DNA from: Takakia lepidozioides
Lineage: Eukaryota; Plantae; Bryophyta
Direction: 5' to 3'
Assembly: GCA_030704615.1 (NCBI GenBank)
Contig: CM060736.1
Coordinates: 85,012 to 149,011 of the forward strand
Length of the DNA: 64,000 nucleotides
Both the position numbers and the translations under genes were made by a program. Shown here one piece after another: positions 12,801 to 27,836 of the stretch. Every line of letters starts with the position of its first letter. Positions within the stretch are counted from its first letter, which is position 1. The notes under the pieces were generated by a model. It had not been told where the DNA came from. It worked only from the letters and a program-made list of their open reading frames with translations, and did not search any database.

Positions 12801-13078
12801 AATGTTAGTATTTTTCTTTTTTTTTCAGATTGATTAATCCCTCATTTACGCATTTATCTGATCCCCCCTCTTTCCCAACAGAAGAAAAATGTTTCTGATG
12901 AAACCAATGAATAAATGAGAAAAAATATAAATTTGGTCATTATTTTTCAACTATTTCCGTTTCAAATCCTGATACTTACTTTGCATCTCCTTCCCCCCTC
13001 ATCAACTGTGATTTCGATTTTATCGTTTCATTCATAAAAAGTATATCGGATCTATTATTTCTTTATCAATAGCAATAA

Positions 13079-15524
13079 GGGTTGCTAACTCAATGGTAGA
13101 GTACTCGGCTTTTAAGTGCGACTAAGGGATTTCACACATTTAGATGAAGTACTAAATTCATCCAAACCATTGACCCGGTTTGTAAGGCTGCGACTTATCT
13201 TGGAAGGAAACTTGACGGAAAAAAAAGCATGTCGTTTCTTTTTTCGAATTTCGAGAAAAGAAGAATGAGAGAATAATAATTGAAAGAATACAATTACTTT
13301 CGGAGTCGGAAGAGTTAATGGATAAAGCTGAATCGCTTGAATCATAGGTAGAACCAGAAGAACGAGCTTCTGTTCAAAAACTTGTATTTTGGACTCTCTT
13401 TACTAATTAGGAGTTAAAAGCGAATTAATAGTCAATATAAGAGAGGTTTGACCCTATTTAAGTATAGGGTCTTCTTACCGAAAATGAATCCTAAATATTT
13501 CCATAGGTGTGGAGAAATTACCGGTGTGCTGACTAAATGAGGAATTTTCTAAGTCAGGAGAGCAATCGGTTTAACGAAATAGACTCAATTTCTTATTTAT
13601 TCCCAAGAAAAGGATAATTTTGAAATCAAAATTTCAATTTTCATTTATTGAATATATTTTTCGGTACCCTAGATAGATCAGGATCTTTCTGGTCTTTAAT
13701 AGATTGCACTATGTACCATTTCATATTTTAAGAGGTTACTCCTACGAGAACCATAACTGGGTTTTTGTCGAAAATGGAGAAGCTACGAAGAACTAAAAAA
13801 AACTTCTTATGGCAACAACGTTTTTTATACCCACTTCCCTTTCAAGATGATCCTTACGCAATTGCCTATAATCGTTTCTCGAATGAAATAGATTCAAAGA
13901 AAATAGAAAATTCAAATCTAAACGAGAAATTTAGTTTCTTAACCTTGAAACGTTTAATTCATAGAATACATCAAAAGAAATCCTTACAATTTTTATTGAA
14001 AAATTGTAATATAAATTTTGATGCTGATTGCAACAGCAATTTCTATTCGAGAGCAATTCGAGAAGGTGTGACCATGGTTTTAGAAATTGTTTTTTCTGTG
14101 CAGTCAAAACCTTTTATGAGAGAAAAAACTGAATGGACTAGTTATCAATCTATTCATTCCGTATTTCCCTTTATGGAAGACCAATTTTCACATTCCAATC
14201 GTATTTTCGATATGAAAATACCTTATTTCCTTCATCCAGAACTTATTATTCGAATTGCTCGTCGACGGATCCAAGATGCTTCTTTTTTACATCCATTGCG
14301 ATTCATTCTCTATAAAAAAAAAATTTTTATTATTATAGATACACAAATCTCTTTTCCTCCAAAAGAAATGACTAGATTGTCCCAAATTTCATGGAATTCC
14401 TATATCTATGAATTCGAATATCTCTTTGTCTCCCTGTGGAAAGATTTCAGCCCTTTTCAGATGTTGTCACATCCGGTTTTACTTGATCAAATTAATTGTA
14501 TAAAAAAAATTAGACATGTTATAAAGCCTTCCTGGATCACGTTACAAAAGTTTCTTCTTTGTAAGAGAATTTTAACTTTTCGTTATGTGAGATATGAAAA
14601 TAACTCAATTCTATCGATACAAAGTACTGACTATTTAGCAGAAAAATGGAAAATTTATTTTTTCAAAATTTGGCAATATCGTTTCCATTTTTTGTTCGAA
14701 TCACGCAGAATACGCATAAAGAGATTATCTAAAAATTGTTTTCCTTTTTTAGGCTATACCTTCGGTGTTCGAAAGAAAATCACTATGGTTCAAACAAAAA
14801 TGCTAGAGGATTTACCCATAACCAGTTTTGTCAACAAACAACTTTGTTCCATCGCTCCAATTTTACCTTTGATTGGTTCATTAGCTAGGGAAAAATTTTG
14901 CGACACCTTGGGGCATCCAATTAGTAAATTAGCTCGGACTACTTCGACGGATGACGAAATTTTTAACCGATTTGATAAAATTTGGAAAAATCTTTATTAT
15001 TATTACAGTGGATGCATGAGTAGAAGCAACTTATATCAAGTACGATACATACTTCGATTTTCATGTGCCAAAACGTTAGCTTGTAAACACAAAAGTACGA
15101 TACGTTTTGTATGGAAGAAATATGGTTTGGAGTTCTTTGCAAAAACATCTCTTTTGGAGAAACGAGAGTTAATTTTTTTGAATTTATCTAAAATGTATCC
15201 TCTTACGAAAAAATTTTGGTATCTCGATATTATTCAAATAAATTCCCTGGTGAATTCGTTGCGAAAAGAGAAAGAAAAGGAAAAATAATCAAAAATTCAA
15301 TTAATTCTATCGACTAATGAGAAACCTAATTAAGTAATTGCCGAAAACCGACTCGGAGTGATCTTGTAAGAAAAAAAAATCGTTACGAAATAGATACATA
15401 GAGAGAGCCGTGTGCAACGAAAATTGCAAGCACGGTTTGGGAAGAGGTTTTTTTCCTTTCGAAAACGAAAGTAATTAACCCACTTTCATCCGACGAGTTC
15501 CGGGTTCGAGCCCCGGGCAACCCA
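13079..15524 (+). tRNA. trnK-UUU: tRNA-Lys(UUU) with group II intron; exons 13079-13115 and 15490-15524
   Basis: GGGTTGCTAACTCAATGGTAGAGTACTCGGCTTTTAA|GTGCG; exon 2 ends GGCAACCCA. Confidence 0.96.
13774..15288 (+). CDS. matK: Maturase K, encoded in the trnK intron
   Basis: SIHSVFPFMED, FCDTLGHPISK, domain X SCAKTLACKHKST; frame intact; upstream TTG at 13765 is an alternative start. Confidence 0.96.
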   Translation: MEKLRRTKKNFLWQQRFLYPLPFQDDPYAIAYNRFSNEIDSKKIENSNLNEKFSFLTLKRLIHRIHQKKSLQFLLKNCNINFDADCNSNFYSRAIREGVTMVLEIVFSVQSKPFMREKTEWTSYQSIHSVFPFMEDQFSHSNRIFDMKIPYFLHPELIIRIARRRIQDASFLHPLRFILYKKKIFIIIDTQISFPPKEMTRLSQISWNSYIYEFEYLFVSLWKDFSPFQMLSHPVLLDQINCIKKIRHVIKPSWITLQKFLLCKRILTFRYVRYENNSILSIQSTDYLAEKWKIYFFKIWQYRFHFLFESRRIRIKRLSKNCFPFLGYTFGVRKKITMVQTKMLEDLPITSFVNKQLCSIAPILPLIGSLAREKFCDTLGHPISKLARTTSTDDEIFNRFDKIWKNLYYYYSGCMSRSNLYQVRYILRFSCAKTLACKHKSTIRFVWKKYGLEFFAKTSLLEKRELIFLNLSKMYPLTKKFWYLDIIQINSLVNSLRKEKEKEK

Positions 15525-15950
15525 AAAAATCCAGATTCGAAATCCACAGATATCCTTTTAAATACTTATGAATATATATATATATATATATATTATATTT
15601 TATGGAACTGCTATAACGGAAAAAGATACAGTTATTCCATAAGGAATGTTATAAACGAAATAGAATTATACATCGAACTATGTTTGTTCTATTTGTTGAA
15701 GTTGAAAAAAAAAAAAAAAAATCAATTAATATCAATGTTATTTATTATGTGACTAATAGAAATAATCCAATAGTTACAGTATAGAAGATTGCTCATGTCT
15801 AATCTTCAATTAATTTACTCCTTTTACGAATAAATTCAGATAAAGTTTTTAAATGACATTGCTCTTTCAAACTATTTTTTTGGAATGATAAAAAAGAAAT
15901 CCAATCCTATTTTCTATCCATATGAAAAGATTTCGATTTTGAAAGATCAG

Positions 15951-15982
15951 TTGACATAGGAACAAGTTCTGTGTAATACTAT
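15951..15982 (+). promoter_or_regulatory. psbA promoter
   Basis: TTGACA at 15951 and -10-like TAATACT ~17 nt downstream, just upstream of psbA. Confidence 0.6.
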
Positions 15983-15984
15983 GA

Positions 15985-17100
<1,116 letters not shown>

Positions 17101-17203
17101 TATCTCTATAGGTTTCTGTTCATTATCGAGAAAAAGATAATGACTCAGTCATAACCTTAGAAAATAAAAATATCTGAGATAGGGATAATAACTCGAGAAG
17201 TAA

Positions 17204-17237
17204 TGACCTTAGAGACTCGAAGTAGTCTTTAAGGTCA
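17204..17237 (+). terminator. 3' stem-loop after psbA
   Basis: TGACCTTAGAGACT...AGTCTTTAAGGTCA inverted repeat. Confidence 0.6.
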
Positions 17238-17266
17238 CTATTTCTTTCCGAATTCAGTTTTGGGGG

Positions 17267-17341
17267 GGCGGACGTAGCCAAGTGGATTAAGGCAGTGGAT
17301 TGTGGATCCACCACGCGCGGGTTCAATCCCCGTCGTTCGCC
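17267..17341 (+). tRNA. trnH-GUG: tRNA-His(GUG)
   Basis: GGCGGACGTAGCCAAGTGG..., GTG anticodon. Confidence 0.96.
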
Positions 17342-17757
17342 CATGAATGAATTTGGAACGAATTCGTGACAAATGAAGATTTTATATTAATGAAAAAACT
17401 GATAAATATTGTCCCAATCTTGAATATCGAAATGATTTTTGTTAGTTGACGAAACCTCTTCTTTGTGTCATCATAAATAAGATGACGTGAAAATATTGAT
17501 AAAAACATAAGGAAAGAGAGATACTTAAATTCACTTGAAATATAAACAAAAAACTTTCTTCTATTTCTATCGAAAATATCTAATACCAGCTTTATTTGGG
17601 TAGAAGAAATCTGCCTCAATACATCTAATATTGTTTCGTTAATAAAGAGTAATGGCAAAAAACACTTGTTGAACGGGCCAAAACAAGTTATTTAGTCGAA
17701 GTTTCCGTATAAAAAATATATTTATTAGAAAGTTTGATCTAACTGCTGTAGGGAAAA

Positions 17758-20700
17758 ATGGAACAAGAATTATCAGAAAAAAAATACTTGTATAAAGGAT
17801 TAGAATTTGAAGGAATAGAAAAAACTAAATATTTCTCAGATTTATGGGCGAAATGGAATTTAGTCAGATTGTTAACTAGAATTTTTTCCAATAGGGAAAA
17901 CCTTATTAAGTTCTTTGATTTTCGAATTCTCGGTTCATTAATTTCACGCGATCTACGTAGTTCGAAGATCAACAGGAGTTCAATACTAAATGGTTTTATG
18001 TTACTCATATTACCAGTGTTTATACATCGCCTGAATAATAGAAATGTTATTGAGGAGAAACAATTGGATTTAGTAGAAATAGTTAATGGACATATAAACT
18101 ATTGCGGATGTGACAAAAAAATACCAGATAAATCCCTTAAGTCTTTTAAGAGAAATCTTTCTATTTCTACGCATCATTCTCCCTCTCCCCGGGAACGGAA
18201 AAAGTAATCTGCTAAACTTAAGAAGGAATGAGAAAAATTGTTCAATTATTAAACAAAATTTGAGAAAAGAACTCTGTGTTATGCCAGTGTATGAGCAAAT
18301 ACATCTTTGGGGTTCACGATGGTGGAAAATTTGGATTCTAGAAAAATTTCTTCCTAGTTGGAATTTGTCCCAGAGTTCCACAAATAAGATTGATCTTTTT
18401 TTAGGAGAAAAAAATGTAGAAGATCTGAAGTATTTTTTTGAATTCTATATCGAGAATATAATTCGTAAAGATTTTGATTGGGAATATAAATTCGATTCTA
18501 TTTTTCCAGATGATTCTAAGGGAGAAATGGAATTCAAATCGGAGGAGCTAATCAATTTACTAGAGGATATTCTATTTCTTCGAATCATGTCTGCTTTTTG
18601 TGAAAAAATTATTTCTGAAATAGAAGGTCCGTTCGAACCAGAAGATTTAGAATTAAGAAGACGAATAAATAATAATAATAATAATGAACATTTTTTTGAT
18701 ATTTCTTCGTCTCATGAAAAGAAGATGAACTGGGAATCGAATTGGTCAAAAAGAAAAATGTTTCAATTTTTTAATAACTGGGGTGAATCTGATCAAATTA
18801 TTGGTAAATCTTTTATTTCTATGAAAAAAAGAGGGTGGCTTTTTTTACAAAATTATGCCGAATTTTATATATGGCAATTATATAGAAATTATTTTGTTTA
18901 TTGGGAGAAAGATTTGCAGCCATTAAAAATTGTGAGAAATCTGTTAAACGCAAGATCATTTTGGTTAAACTTTTCGAACAATGAACAACTTTTTACTGAA
19001 GTAGATGATATATTGTCGGATATTTTATACAATTTTTCAAAGCATATTTCAAATAAAGTGAAAAGATCCAAAAATTTGAGACAATTTCAAGATAAATCTA
19101 TAAATAATTTTCATTTAATCAGTCAAAAATTGAAATATATAGAAAAAAAAGAAAGATATTCTAATTTTCAAAGAACTTCTACTTCAAATTCAATTGAAAC
19201 TAATTGTTTGGAATCTAAAAAAAAAATATCTAAATGGTTTTTACGCGAAGAAAGAAAAAAAATGAACACCAAACGTGTCAAGCAATTAACCACCAATTCA
19301 ATTTTTCGGGATTTATTTTTTTTTATTAGAAATGGAGAGAGATATATAGAATCCAGTTTATCTTCCAAGTCTTTTTCAATAAATTCTTCGGTGTTCTGGG
19401 TAAAAGAAACATTTACGGGAGATATAGGGCGTATCATAGATAAATTTTTTCCAGAAGAGAGAAGAATAAAAGTTTCTAATTTTCCGAGATCAATTCGCTA
19501 TGCTTTTCTAGACATATTGTCAATGGATGAACTGGATATGGGTTCTTATGCCACTAAAAAATATATTGAAATTTTTAAAGTGGCTAAAAAAAGGCAACAT
19601 CTTGTTTTTTTTGGATATCCCACGAAATCGGATAGTAATAGATTAGTTTATTTATGGGAAATAAAAAAAAAAAAAAAAAATTCATTGTTGAATCCTGTTA
19701 TTTTCCCAAATTCCCCATATAACAAAATTGAACGAAATATATGTGATATAAAAAAATCAAGTTCAAATATATTTAAAAACTCAAATCCATCTTGTAACGC
19801 CTATTCTTTCTGGCCTACCTTTTATCCATACAACAAAAAATACGTATTTCATTTCAGGGATTATGCAAAATTAGTTAAATTTTTGGATCAACTTAATTGG
19901 TTAATGACTAATTCCGATCTAGTTTATAACAAAACTTTTGATTTTAATATTATTAAAAAGGATCAAATTCAAAAAATTTATGCCCTAAAAAAAAATAATC
20001 TATTCTTCAATAGAAGAATTAATAAAAAAAAGGGAACAAACGATAAAATTTTGTTCATTTTACTAAAAACAAAAACTACGGGTAAGAATCACCCATTTCT
20101 GCCTCAAATAAAAAAAAATTTTTTGATACGAAATTATTCTAAAGAAATTTTTGAGATATATATCTTGTTTACAAAATGTCGAATTGGTTTTATCAATTGG
20201 TATAGATCAAATCGCGATAAATTTTATAGACATTTGAACGATCCATTAAACGAATTACGTTTGATTAACAAGTTCATTTTTCATTTGACGAGAAGAAATC
20301 CTAAAATTCGAATAGAAAATGAAAGTTTTATTGGTATAAGAAGAGATACAATTAATGAAAGTTTATTGAGTTGGAGAAAAAGTGGGATAATTTTTTTTCG
20401 TTACGAAAAAAAGAGAGAAAAATATATTAATTGGAGTTTCGATGTATGTAAATGGACTGCTCAGACAGAAGAATGGAAAGAATTGTCAAAATATTATATT
20501 TCTGGGCATAGATATTTAGCAGTATTATCTAATAAAATAGATTTTTTTACTAATCGAAACTCAGTTGGGTGGTCTAAGAAACTTAATAGAAAGAATAATT
20601 CTATGTCTCATAGAAATTATAGAATCATCATTTCCGAAAATTTTATTGAAAATTTTCGAAAATTTTCAAACTTATTAGATTTTTGCCAGAAGTTTTCGAT

Positions 20701-23700
20701 CATTAAAGACCCTTTTCTAAAAAGATTCGTTTCGAATAAGATTATTTCATCAAAAGAAATAAAATATGATATCGATAGAAAAATAATGGCACGGATCTGT
20801 TTTGATGAAATACCAATTACTAAAATTATTACTGATTATTTTTATAATAGAAATAATAATCAGATTTGCGTGGAACTTTTTGATAACACTTTTTTCTCCA
20901 TGATGGGTCAAAATCTAGAAAGTTGGCTTAATTCTGTAAAAGTTTCTAATTCTAATAGAAATTCACTGAAAAGTTATTTCCACAAAGCAGATACGCTGAA
21001 GTTTTTCAATTATCTACAAAATCCTCACTTAGAATATAATAAGAGATTGCCTTTTTATATGGGAAAAATTAGTATTAAAAATCCTAATTTAACATATGGA
21101 CAATTATTAAATACCTTGCCTATATGCAACAAGCTTCTTTTTTCCTCTATTAATCGAATAAGATTCTCCCATGGAAAACCAAAAATTATTTCGATTATTG
21201 AATCACAAGTATCTGACGTTTCATTACCCAAGTATTTACGGGGAACAAGTAACCAAAGTTTTTTATTTGTTCACGAATTCTATAAATTGTTCAATTCATT
21301 AATTCCAATTATTCCTTCTTTTCATGGAAAAGAAAAAGGTTACTTTATCCATAATATTTCTATTATAAACCGGTCGACCATGAAACGAATAGTGAATTTC
21401 GAAATAACGGATTATTGCCAGTCTTATCTAGAAATATTGGATTTGCAAGAGAAAAAGAAGAATCCATATATTGAGGAGGTATCAAAACCGAACCATAATT
21501 TTATTCAAATTAATTTTAGTAAAAATGATTTACTATCTGAAAATTTCCTAATAATTCGAAATGAAAACAACGAAATGCTTGGTTGGGTCAACCAGTTATT
21601 CGGGAATTCCGATCCGGAGGAAGATTCGACATACGTAATTGCAAACAAAAGCATAAGTGACATAGACAAAAATTTAGGCTTTTCTAAAAAAAAGGAAATT
21701 CAATTACCCCTTCTTCCGATACACTCGACCACATCGGTTCAGAAACCAAAAATATATGAAAAATATATAACATCTAGTTTTTCTATAAAATCCAATTTAT
21801 TTAGAAAATATACATCATGGTTTTTTACTTCCGAATGGTGGAAATACTTGAAAAATATAGTATTAGAATTATTTTCGGAAATAATACCAAATCTTAGTGA
21901 TCAAATTGACTATACTCTGCATACTACTCCGCAGGATATACGAAAAAATTTATATAATTCATGGACGAATTTACCATTAAATATAAAAACTAATATTTCT
22001 GGGAATTCTTCTGTGAAATGGAATTCACGTCTATCAAAACAAATCGGAAATCAACGAGAAAAAAAAGGATTCGGATTTAGATGGTCACATTTGGGATTAA
22101 TAAATACATGGATTGGTCAATATTTAGCAACCATAGGTTTGTTCGCCTTTGGCTATTTAACTTTTGAAAAATATTTATCTACTTTACTAGGTTCAGACTA
22201 TATCGGACTATGGAGATACTTCGAAACGATTCGATATTTAACGGATCCTTCACGCGGAATTTATTTAGATAAAATGATTCGTGGTAATTCAACGAAATTG
22301 ATTGAAGCGGAGAATCTATTAAAACATTTTATAAGAAATTTAACACATTATATGAAAAACGGAGAATTTTATTTATTTACGAAACGGAAATTAAATAGAT
22401 GGTTGGTTAGAAACAAAAGCTTAGACCTTTCCCGAAGAGAACGAAAATTACTAGTTCAATCTCTAGTAACAGAAAGAAACATTGGTCAATATGGATTGGA
22501 TCCAACTTCTAGTTGTAATTCCTTCAATTATAGCTTCGGTTACCAAATTACTAAACAACAAGGACTTCATTATTTACGACATTTATCTGAAAATTATCAG
22601 AAGAATCTGGTTAATTATCCGTTTCATAAAATCAACTTAGCGGAGAAATGGGTTTTCCTGGCTTTTTGGCAAAAAATAACCTCTTCGCAAGTTTTATGGC
22701 AAGCCGGGATTTCGAAACTAACTTTTCATAGGAGACCTGTTCCGCTTCAATCGAGATTATCCTCTTTAAAAGGAATTTTACTAATAGGCCCCCCGCGAAA
22801 CTGGACGATCCTATTTGATAAAAAATATAGCAGCAGATTCTTTTGTTCCTTCAATAAAAGTATCTATAGATAAACTTTTATATAACAAACCTGATATTAT
22901 AACTGAGAGTTGGATGAATATTTTGATGGAAAGTTTACGAAGATTGAGTCTTATTTTGGAATTAGCGGAAAAAATGTCCCCTCGCATAATATGGATTCAA
23001 AATATTCATGAACTAAATGTAAATCGTTTGACTCAAAATGTAGAATCTGATCCAACTTTTTCACTTGGCATATTATTGAAATATTTCCAAACAGATTTCG
23101 TTAGTAATGAAGCTAGAAGTCTAGTTATTATTGGTTCGACTCACCTTCCCGAAGAAGTGGATCCTGCTTTAATTTCTCCAAATCGATTGGATCGACTACT
23201 AAATATTAGGATGCTTAATATCCTACAACGACAAAGAGAATTTCCTATTCTCCTACGTAGTAAAAATCTATACTTAGAAAATGAAGCATCTTGTCTTAGT
23301 GAGTTCGGATATGGAACTTTGGGGTTTAATGCACGAGATTTAGCAGCTTTTGTTAATGAAATTTCATTGATTGGTGTTACTCAGAATCAAGCAGTTATTC
23401 AAACGAATACCATAAGATTAGCTTTTCACAGACAAGCTTCAGGTTTCACATATACAGATAATGAGATGGGATTTGGTCAAAATTTTGGGATACTTTTTTA
23501 TAAAGTGGGAAAGGCTGTTATACAAAATATACTTATAAAAAATTATCATAGAAATCCCTTATACATCGGTAACGACTTATGGAGAAAAAAAAAATATTAT
23601 TTGTCCAAATGTTATTTAAAATCTTCTATTTTCGAACCAGCCATAAAAGAATTTACTATATTACCCCATGTTTTGGGTTGTTTAGCCGGATCAGCAGCTC

Positions 23701-24995
23701 GAGATTCCTGGTTCATATCGGGGGATAAGCCTGATAATTGGATTTCTCTCGATAGATACGCTGAAAATGATTCTCACCTAGCTTATGGTATTCTAAAAAG
23801 TCTTCTAGTGGAATTTCCGTGGTTAGAAATTTCTCGAAGGAATAATATAGATAAAAAAAAGGAATTGACTCTTCAGTTTCAAACAAGAAATCCTTTACAT
23901 ATGATCCAAAAAGGATTTTTTTCAATAGCAAATAAAAAGTGTATACATACACAAAAAGAGTCGTTGCCAAATAAGTTTGTTTCTGAACGAACGACTCATT
24001 ACAAGGAAAAGCTATATCACTTAACGAGTAACACGGCTTGGGCTCCTAGGATCTCGCGCCTCAGTTTCATTCGTAGTAATCTATTTGATTGGATAAAAAG
24101 ATCCAATGAATTTGAAGTTGCATATAATTACCGGCTTTCGAAAGGCAAAGAAAGAAGAAATTCTAACGGTTTACAAGAAGATTTTCAATTTTGTCGAATC
24201 GTGCAACACAAAACGAAGGAACAACTTCCTTATGAAAGGATTCTATCTAGAATAAGACGGAGAAATGTACAAGAACTAGAATCCCAATTGGAAGAGATTT
24301 TATTGGAAGAGCAATTCGTAATATTAGGATTTTATCGATTATCTAAAGAATATCGGATGGAATATCAGTTATCTAATAAACCCATGTTATTCATAGGAGG
24401 ACGATTTCTTCGGGATCCCACCAGTTCATTATCTCAAATCCGTCAGTTCGTTTTTTCACGTCAAGAATTATTTGTAGATGAAGAAATGCTGAGAAGACTT
24501 TATGTTACTTACGGAGCGAGAAGAGAAAGAGAGAAATCTCGTTCAAGTCAAAAAATGAAACAATTTTTCCTTCGTCGCGGATATGGTCGAGATTCCATGA
24601 CTAATTTATCCGTTAGTTGGTGGAACCAATTACCTTTTGTCGAGAAACACCATATCGAGACTTTTAAACGCATTGAAGGAATTGGTGTTCAATTGAAACG
24701 TCCACAAGTATTTACCCCTGTGTATTTATATCAACGTTGGCTAATTGAGAATCCAAAGGAAAAGTTAACTCGCTTTGAATTGTTAGGTAATCAACAAAGA
24801 TGGTTCAAAGCAAATAGTTCATTATTTCATGATTCCTTCATTTATAGTACTCTATTAGAAAGCTATCGATACCTATTCAAATTCTTTTTATCTAATAGAA
24901 TTTTACTGAATAGAATGACGAAGATTTTGTTGAAGAAAGGATGGCTTTTTCAGAATGAATTTGAACACTTGATTTATGATATGGTGACGAAATGA
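17758..24995 (+). CDS. ycf2: Ycf2 (FtsH-like AAA ATPase), split by two +1 frameshifts (within ~18110-18207 and at ~22796); sequencing error or pseudogene
   Basis: KFFDFRILGSLISRDL N-terminus, WGSRWW, WFFTSEWW, GILLIGPP/ETGRSYLIKNIAA, VDPALISPNRLD, LAGSAARDSW spread over three consecutive ORFs. Confidence 0.92.
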
Positions 24996-26471
24996 AACTA
25001 AACTTAATCCCTTTCTATAAATAAAAGAGGGAATCTCGTAAGAGGAGGAAGAATGTTAAGTAATGGATTAGTGTATAAGCAATATCCCAGTTTGCTATTA
25101 AGTTCTATATCGAAACTTCATTAAGAAATAAAAATTTTCGTCCTATTTCTATCTCTCCAGATTAACCAATCACTTCCAAGAACTGGGACAAAAACTCAAG
25201 GATCATCAAATATATTACTAAAATCAGATAATTATGACGTGAGTTAAGCATATAAAGAAAAAAAAAAAATCGGATTTTTTTATATTTCGGATTTTTTTTT
25301 TATTGAGAGGCTTACCTTTACCTATCATTCACTTATATCCCGTTTCTCGATTCCTTCTTACGTCCTTTCCCACCCCCTCATGTTTAGAAATAAAATTCTG
25401 GGCGAAAGCAAGAACTAGAAGCGGATTATTTCTTTTGTTCCTCGTTGAAGAAAGATCACCTCGTTATCATATAGGGTTACCTGCTTGGAGGTTTACAAGG
25501 TGCAACGACCTCGTTATTGGATTGACTCAATTATTGAGTCATCTGAGAGGCAATAAAAAATATATCTATATATTTTCATGTCCTTTATAAAATCTTGTAA
25601 TAGTGATGCAATAATTTTGTTTCATGATCGTGAGAAGCAAAAAATCCATCTGAATTTTTATTTTATTTTTCTAAATCCTACTTCTTATTATTCTTGCTAC
25701 CCCAGTGGATTTTTCCATATGCTAAACCTAAAGCTTCGGTTTTATGTTACGGGAAGTTACCACAACTAAGATACGAAAGAATTAGATTCTAATTTGGATT
25801 AATACTTCACATGCAGTTAAATCAGAATTATTGAATAATTCTAATTATAAATAAAATTTTGTAACTCAAAATATTCAATCATCATTTCGACTTACAGGCT
25901 AGCCTATTATCAATCGATTTCTCCTCGATGATGTGAAACCGATAATGAAATAGAACCATAATGTATCACGAGAAACCTGTAAATACTGATTCGAGGGAAT
26001 TTTCGAGTTAAAGGAAAAAAAAAATACTTTCGACAAGAAAAAGGCTCCCTTACTTTGGATTGATCCTAGAAATTAGAAATAAAATTGTTCGATTAAATTT
26101 ATTATTTGTTTTACCGGATGGAGAAAGAATCATAGTAACGAGATATGCGAAAAAATGAATGTTAAATTTTTAAACGGATAGATGTTTGAAATTTCCACAA
26201 TTTTTCCAATTAAATAACGAATAAAAACAAAAAATTCTAGTTTCTTATCGAGGAATGAGATAAGTGAAAGGTGTGAGGCCCGTTCTAAAGATTAGTGGGG
26301 AGAGGAAGGAGGGAGAGATGGAATGAATAAGAAGATACGTGAAACAAAATCTTTGAAGCATATGAACGATACTTAGAATATTGAGCTTATTAAAATTTGG
26401 AATTTTTTCATGAACATGAAATTTAGTCAAAATTCTGAAACATTTTTATCGGCTGTAATAAAGAAATGATT

Positions 26472-26511
26472 AATTCAAATAAAGAAAATGGCTATTTTCT
26501 TTATTTGAATT
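26472..26511. repeat. Perfect 18-bp inverted repeat with a 4-nt loop in the ycf2-trnD spacer
   Basis: AATTCAAATAAAGAAAAT-GGCT-ATTTTCTTTATTTGAATT. Confidence 0.8.
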
Positions 26512-27263
26512 GGTTCTATCTGAACTAAACTATTATTTGGTATGTATTGGTATGTATGTGCGTTGATTCATGATCAAGTTGACTATCGAGTTTCAGTAAT
26601 TCTTACGTGAGGAATGAAAAATATGTCAAGAAACGACTAACTAAATCTGATCTGATGAGAAATTGAGAACCATACCAAGAAATATGTTCTATAATCTTTT
26701 CTAGAATAAAAAAAAAAATATATATATATATTTACTTATTTTTTTTTTCTTTCTCCTTCCAAAACTAATTACAAACTATTCCTATTGGTACGTGGTTCGT
26801 CACTCAATCGATTACTTCATTTAGCAATGAAGTAAATAAATTTACTTTCAATTTACTTAGTAGAAGTGGAAAAGATCTAGCATAAATAAATTGAATCTAT
26901 TTCTTTTTCTACTTCACCTCACGATTCCTGTTCCATCACTTCTATTTCTATTCCAGCGAATCTAATAAATCTTTATGCTTCGTGGAGGGATTCAGAGAAA
27001 AAAAAGGACAGAGAACTCATAAATATTTATTCGAATAGACGGTAAGTATTCTAAATGGGCTTGGAGAGAGGGAGGAGAAAAGGCTCGAACAATAAACGAT
27101 AAATTCAATTAAGTTTACGCTAGTTTTTCTCCCTATTTCAAATGAATCCAAAGTATTCAAAATAAGTTTATAGAAACTAGAATTGCTCGAACAAAAATAA
27201 ATAGAAATCGATTTCACGCTAGTTTTAGATGCGATAATTCTGAGTTGAATCGATTCAATATAT

Positions 27264-27337
27264 CGGGATTGACGGGGCTCGAACCCGCAACTTCCGCCTT
27301 GACAGGGCGGTACTCTAACCAATTGAACTACAATCCC
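27264..27337 (-). tRNA. trnD-GUC: tRNA-Asp(GUC)
   Basis: GGGATTGTAGTTCAATTGG..., GTC anticodon. Confidence 0.96.
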
Positions 27338-27554
27338 ACTAAATGTAGATCTATTTCTATTTATTATGTCGATTCAAAAGCCTTTGTGTCAAATAAACAA
27401 TGAAATTTAAAGTATTTCTTCATTTGAGTAAAAGGGTAGAGTCTATTTCTCCGAAGAGCAATCAGAATTATCCATAACGAAGATATTATCTTGTGACTAA
27501 TGTTGGATATAGAGAAACAAAATATGTAGAAATTTTATTTGGTAAATTTGAGAT

Positions 27555-27636
27555 TGGGTCGAGCTGGATTTGAACCAGCGTAGGCATCGCCAGCGGATTT
27601 ACAGTCCGTCCCCATTAACCACTCGAGCATCGACCC
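27555..27636 (-). tRNA. trnY-GUA: tRNA-Tyr(GUA)
   Basis: GGGTCGATGCTCGAGTGG..., GTA anticodon. Confidence 0.96.
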
Positions 27637-27763
27637 GAAGAGAAAAAGGGATAAAAAAAAATATATTTTTTAATTTTTTCTCCCCCTTTTCTCTCGAAAC
27701 TCATCGAATTGATGTGAAAAACTTCTAAGAAACTAATTCAAATTATCTCAAGGGTTTTCATAG

Positions 27764-27836
27764 TACCCCCAGGGGAATTTGAATCCCCGTCGCCTCCTTG
27801 AAAGAGAGATGTCCTAGGCCTCTAGACGATGGGGGC
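27764..27836 (-). tRNA. trnE-UUC: tRNA-Glu(UUC)
   Basis: GCCCCCATCGTCTAG..., TTC anticodon. Confidence 0.96.
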
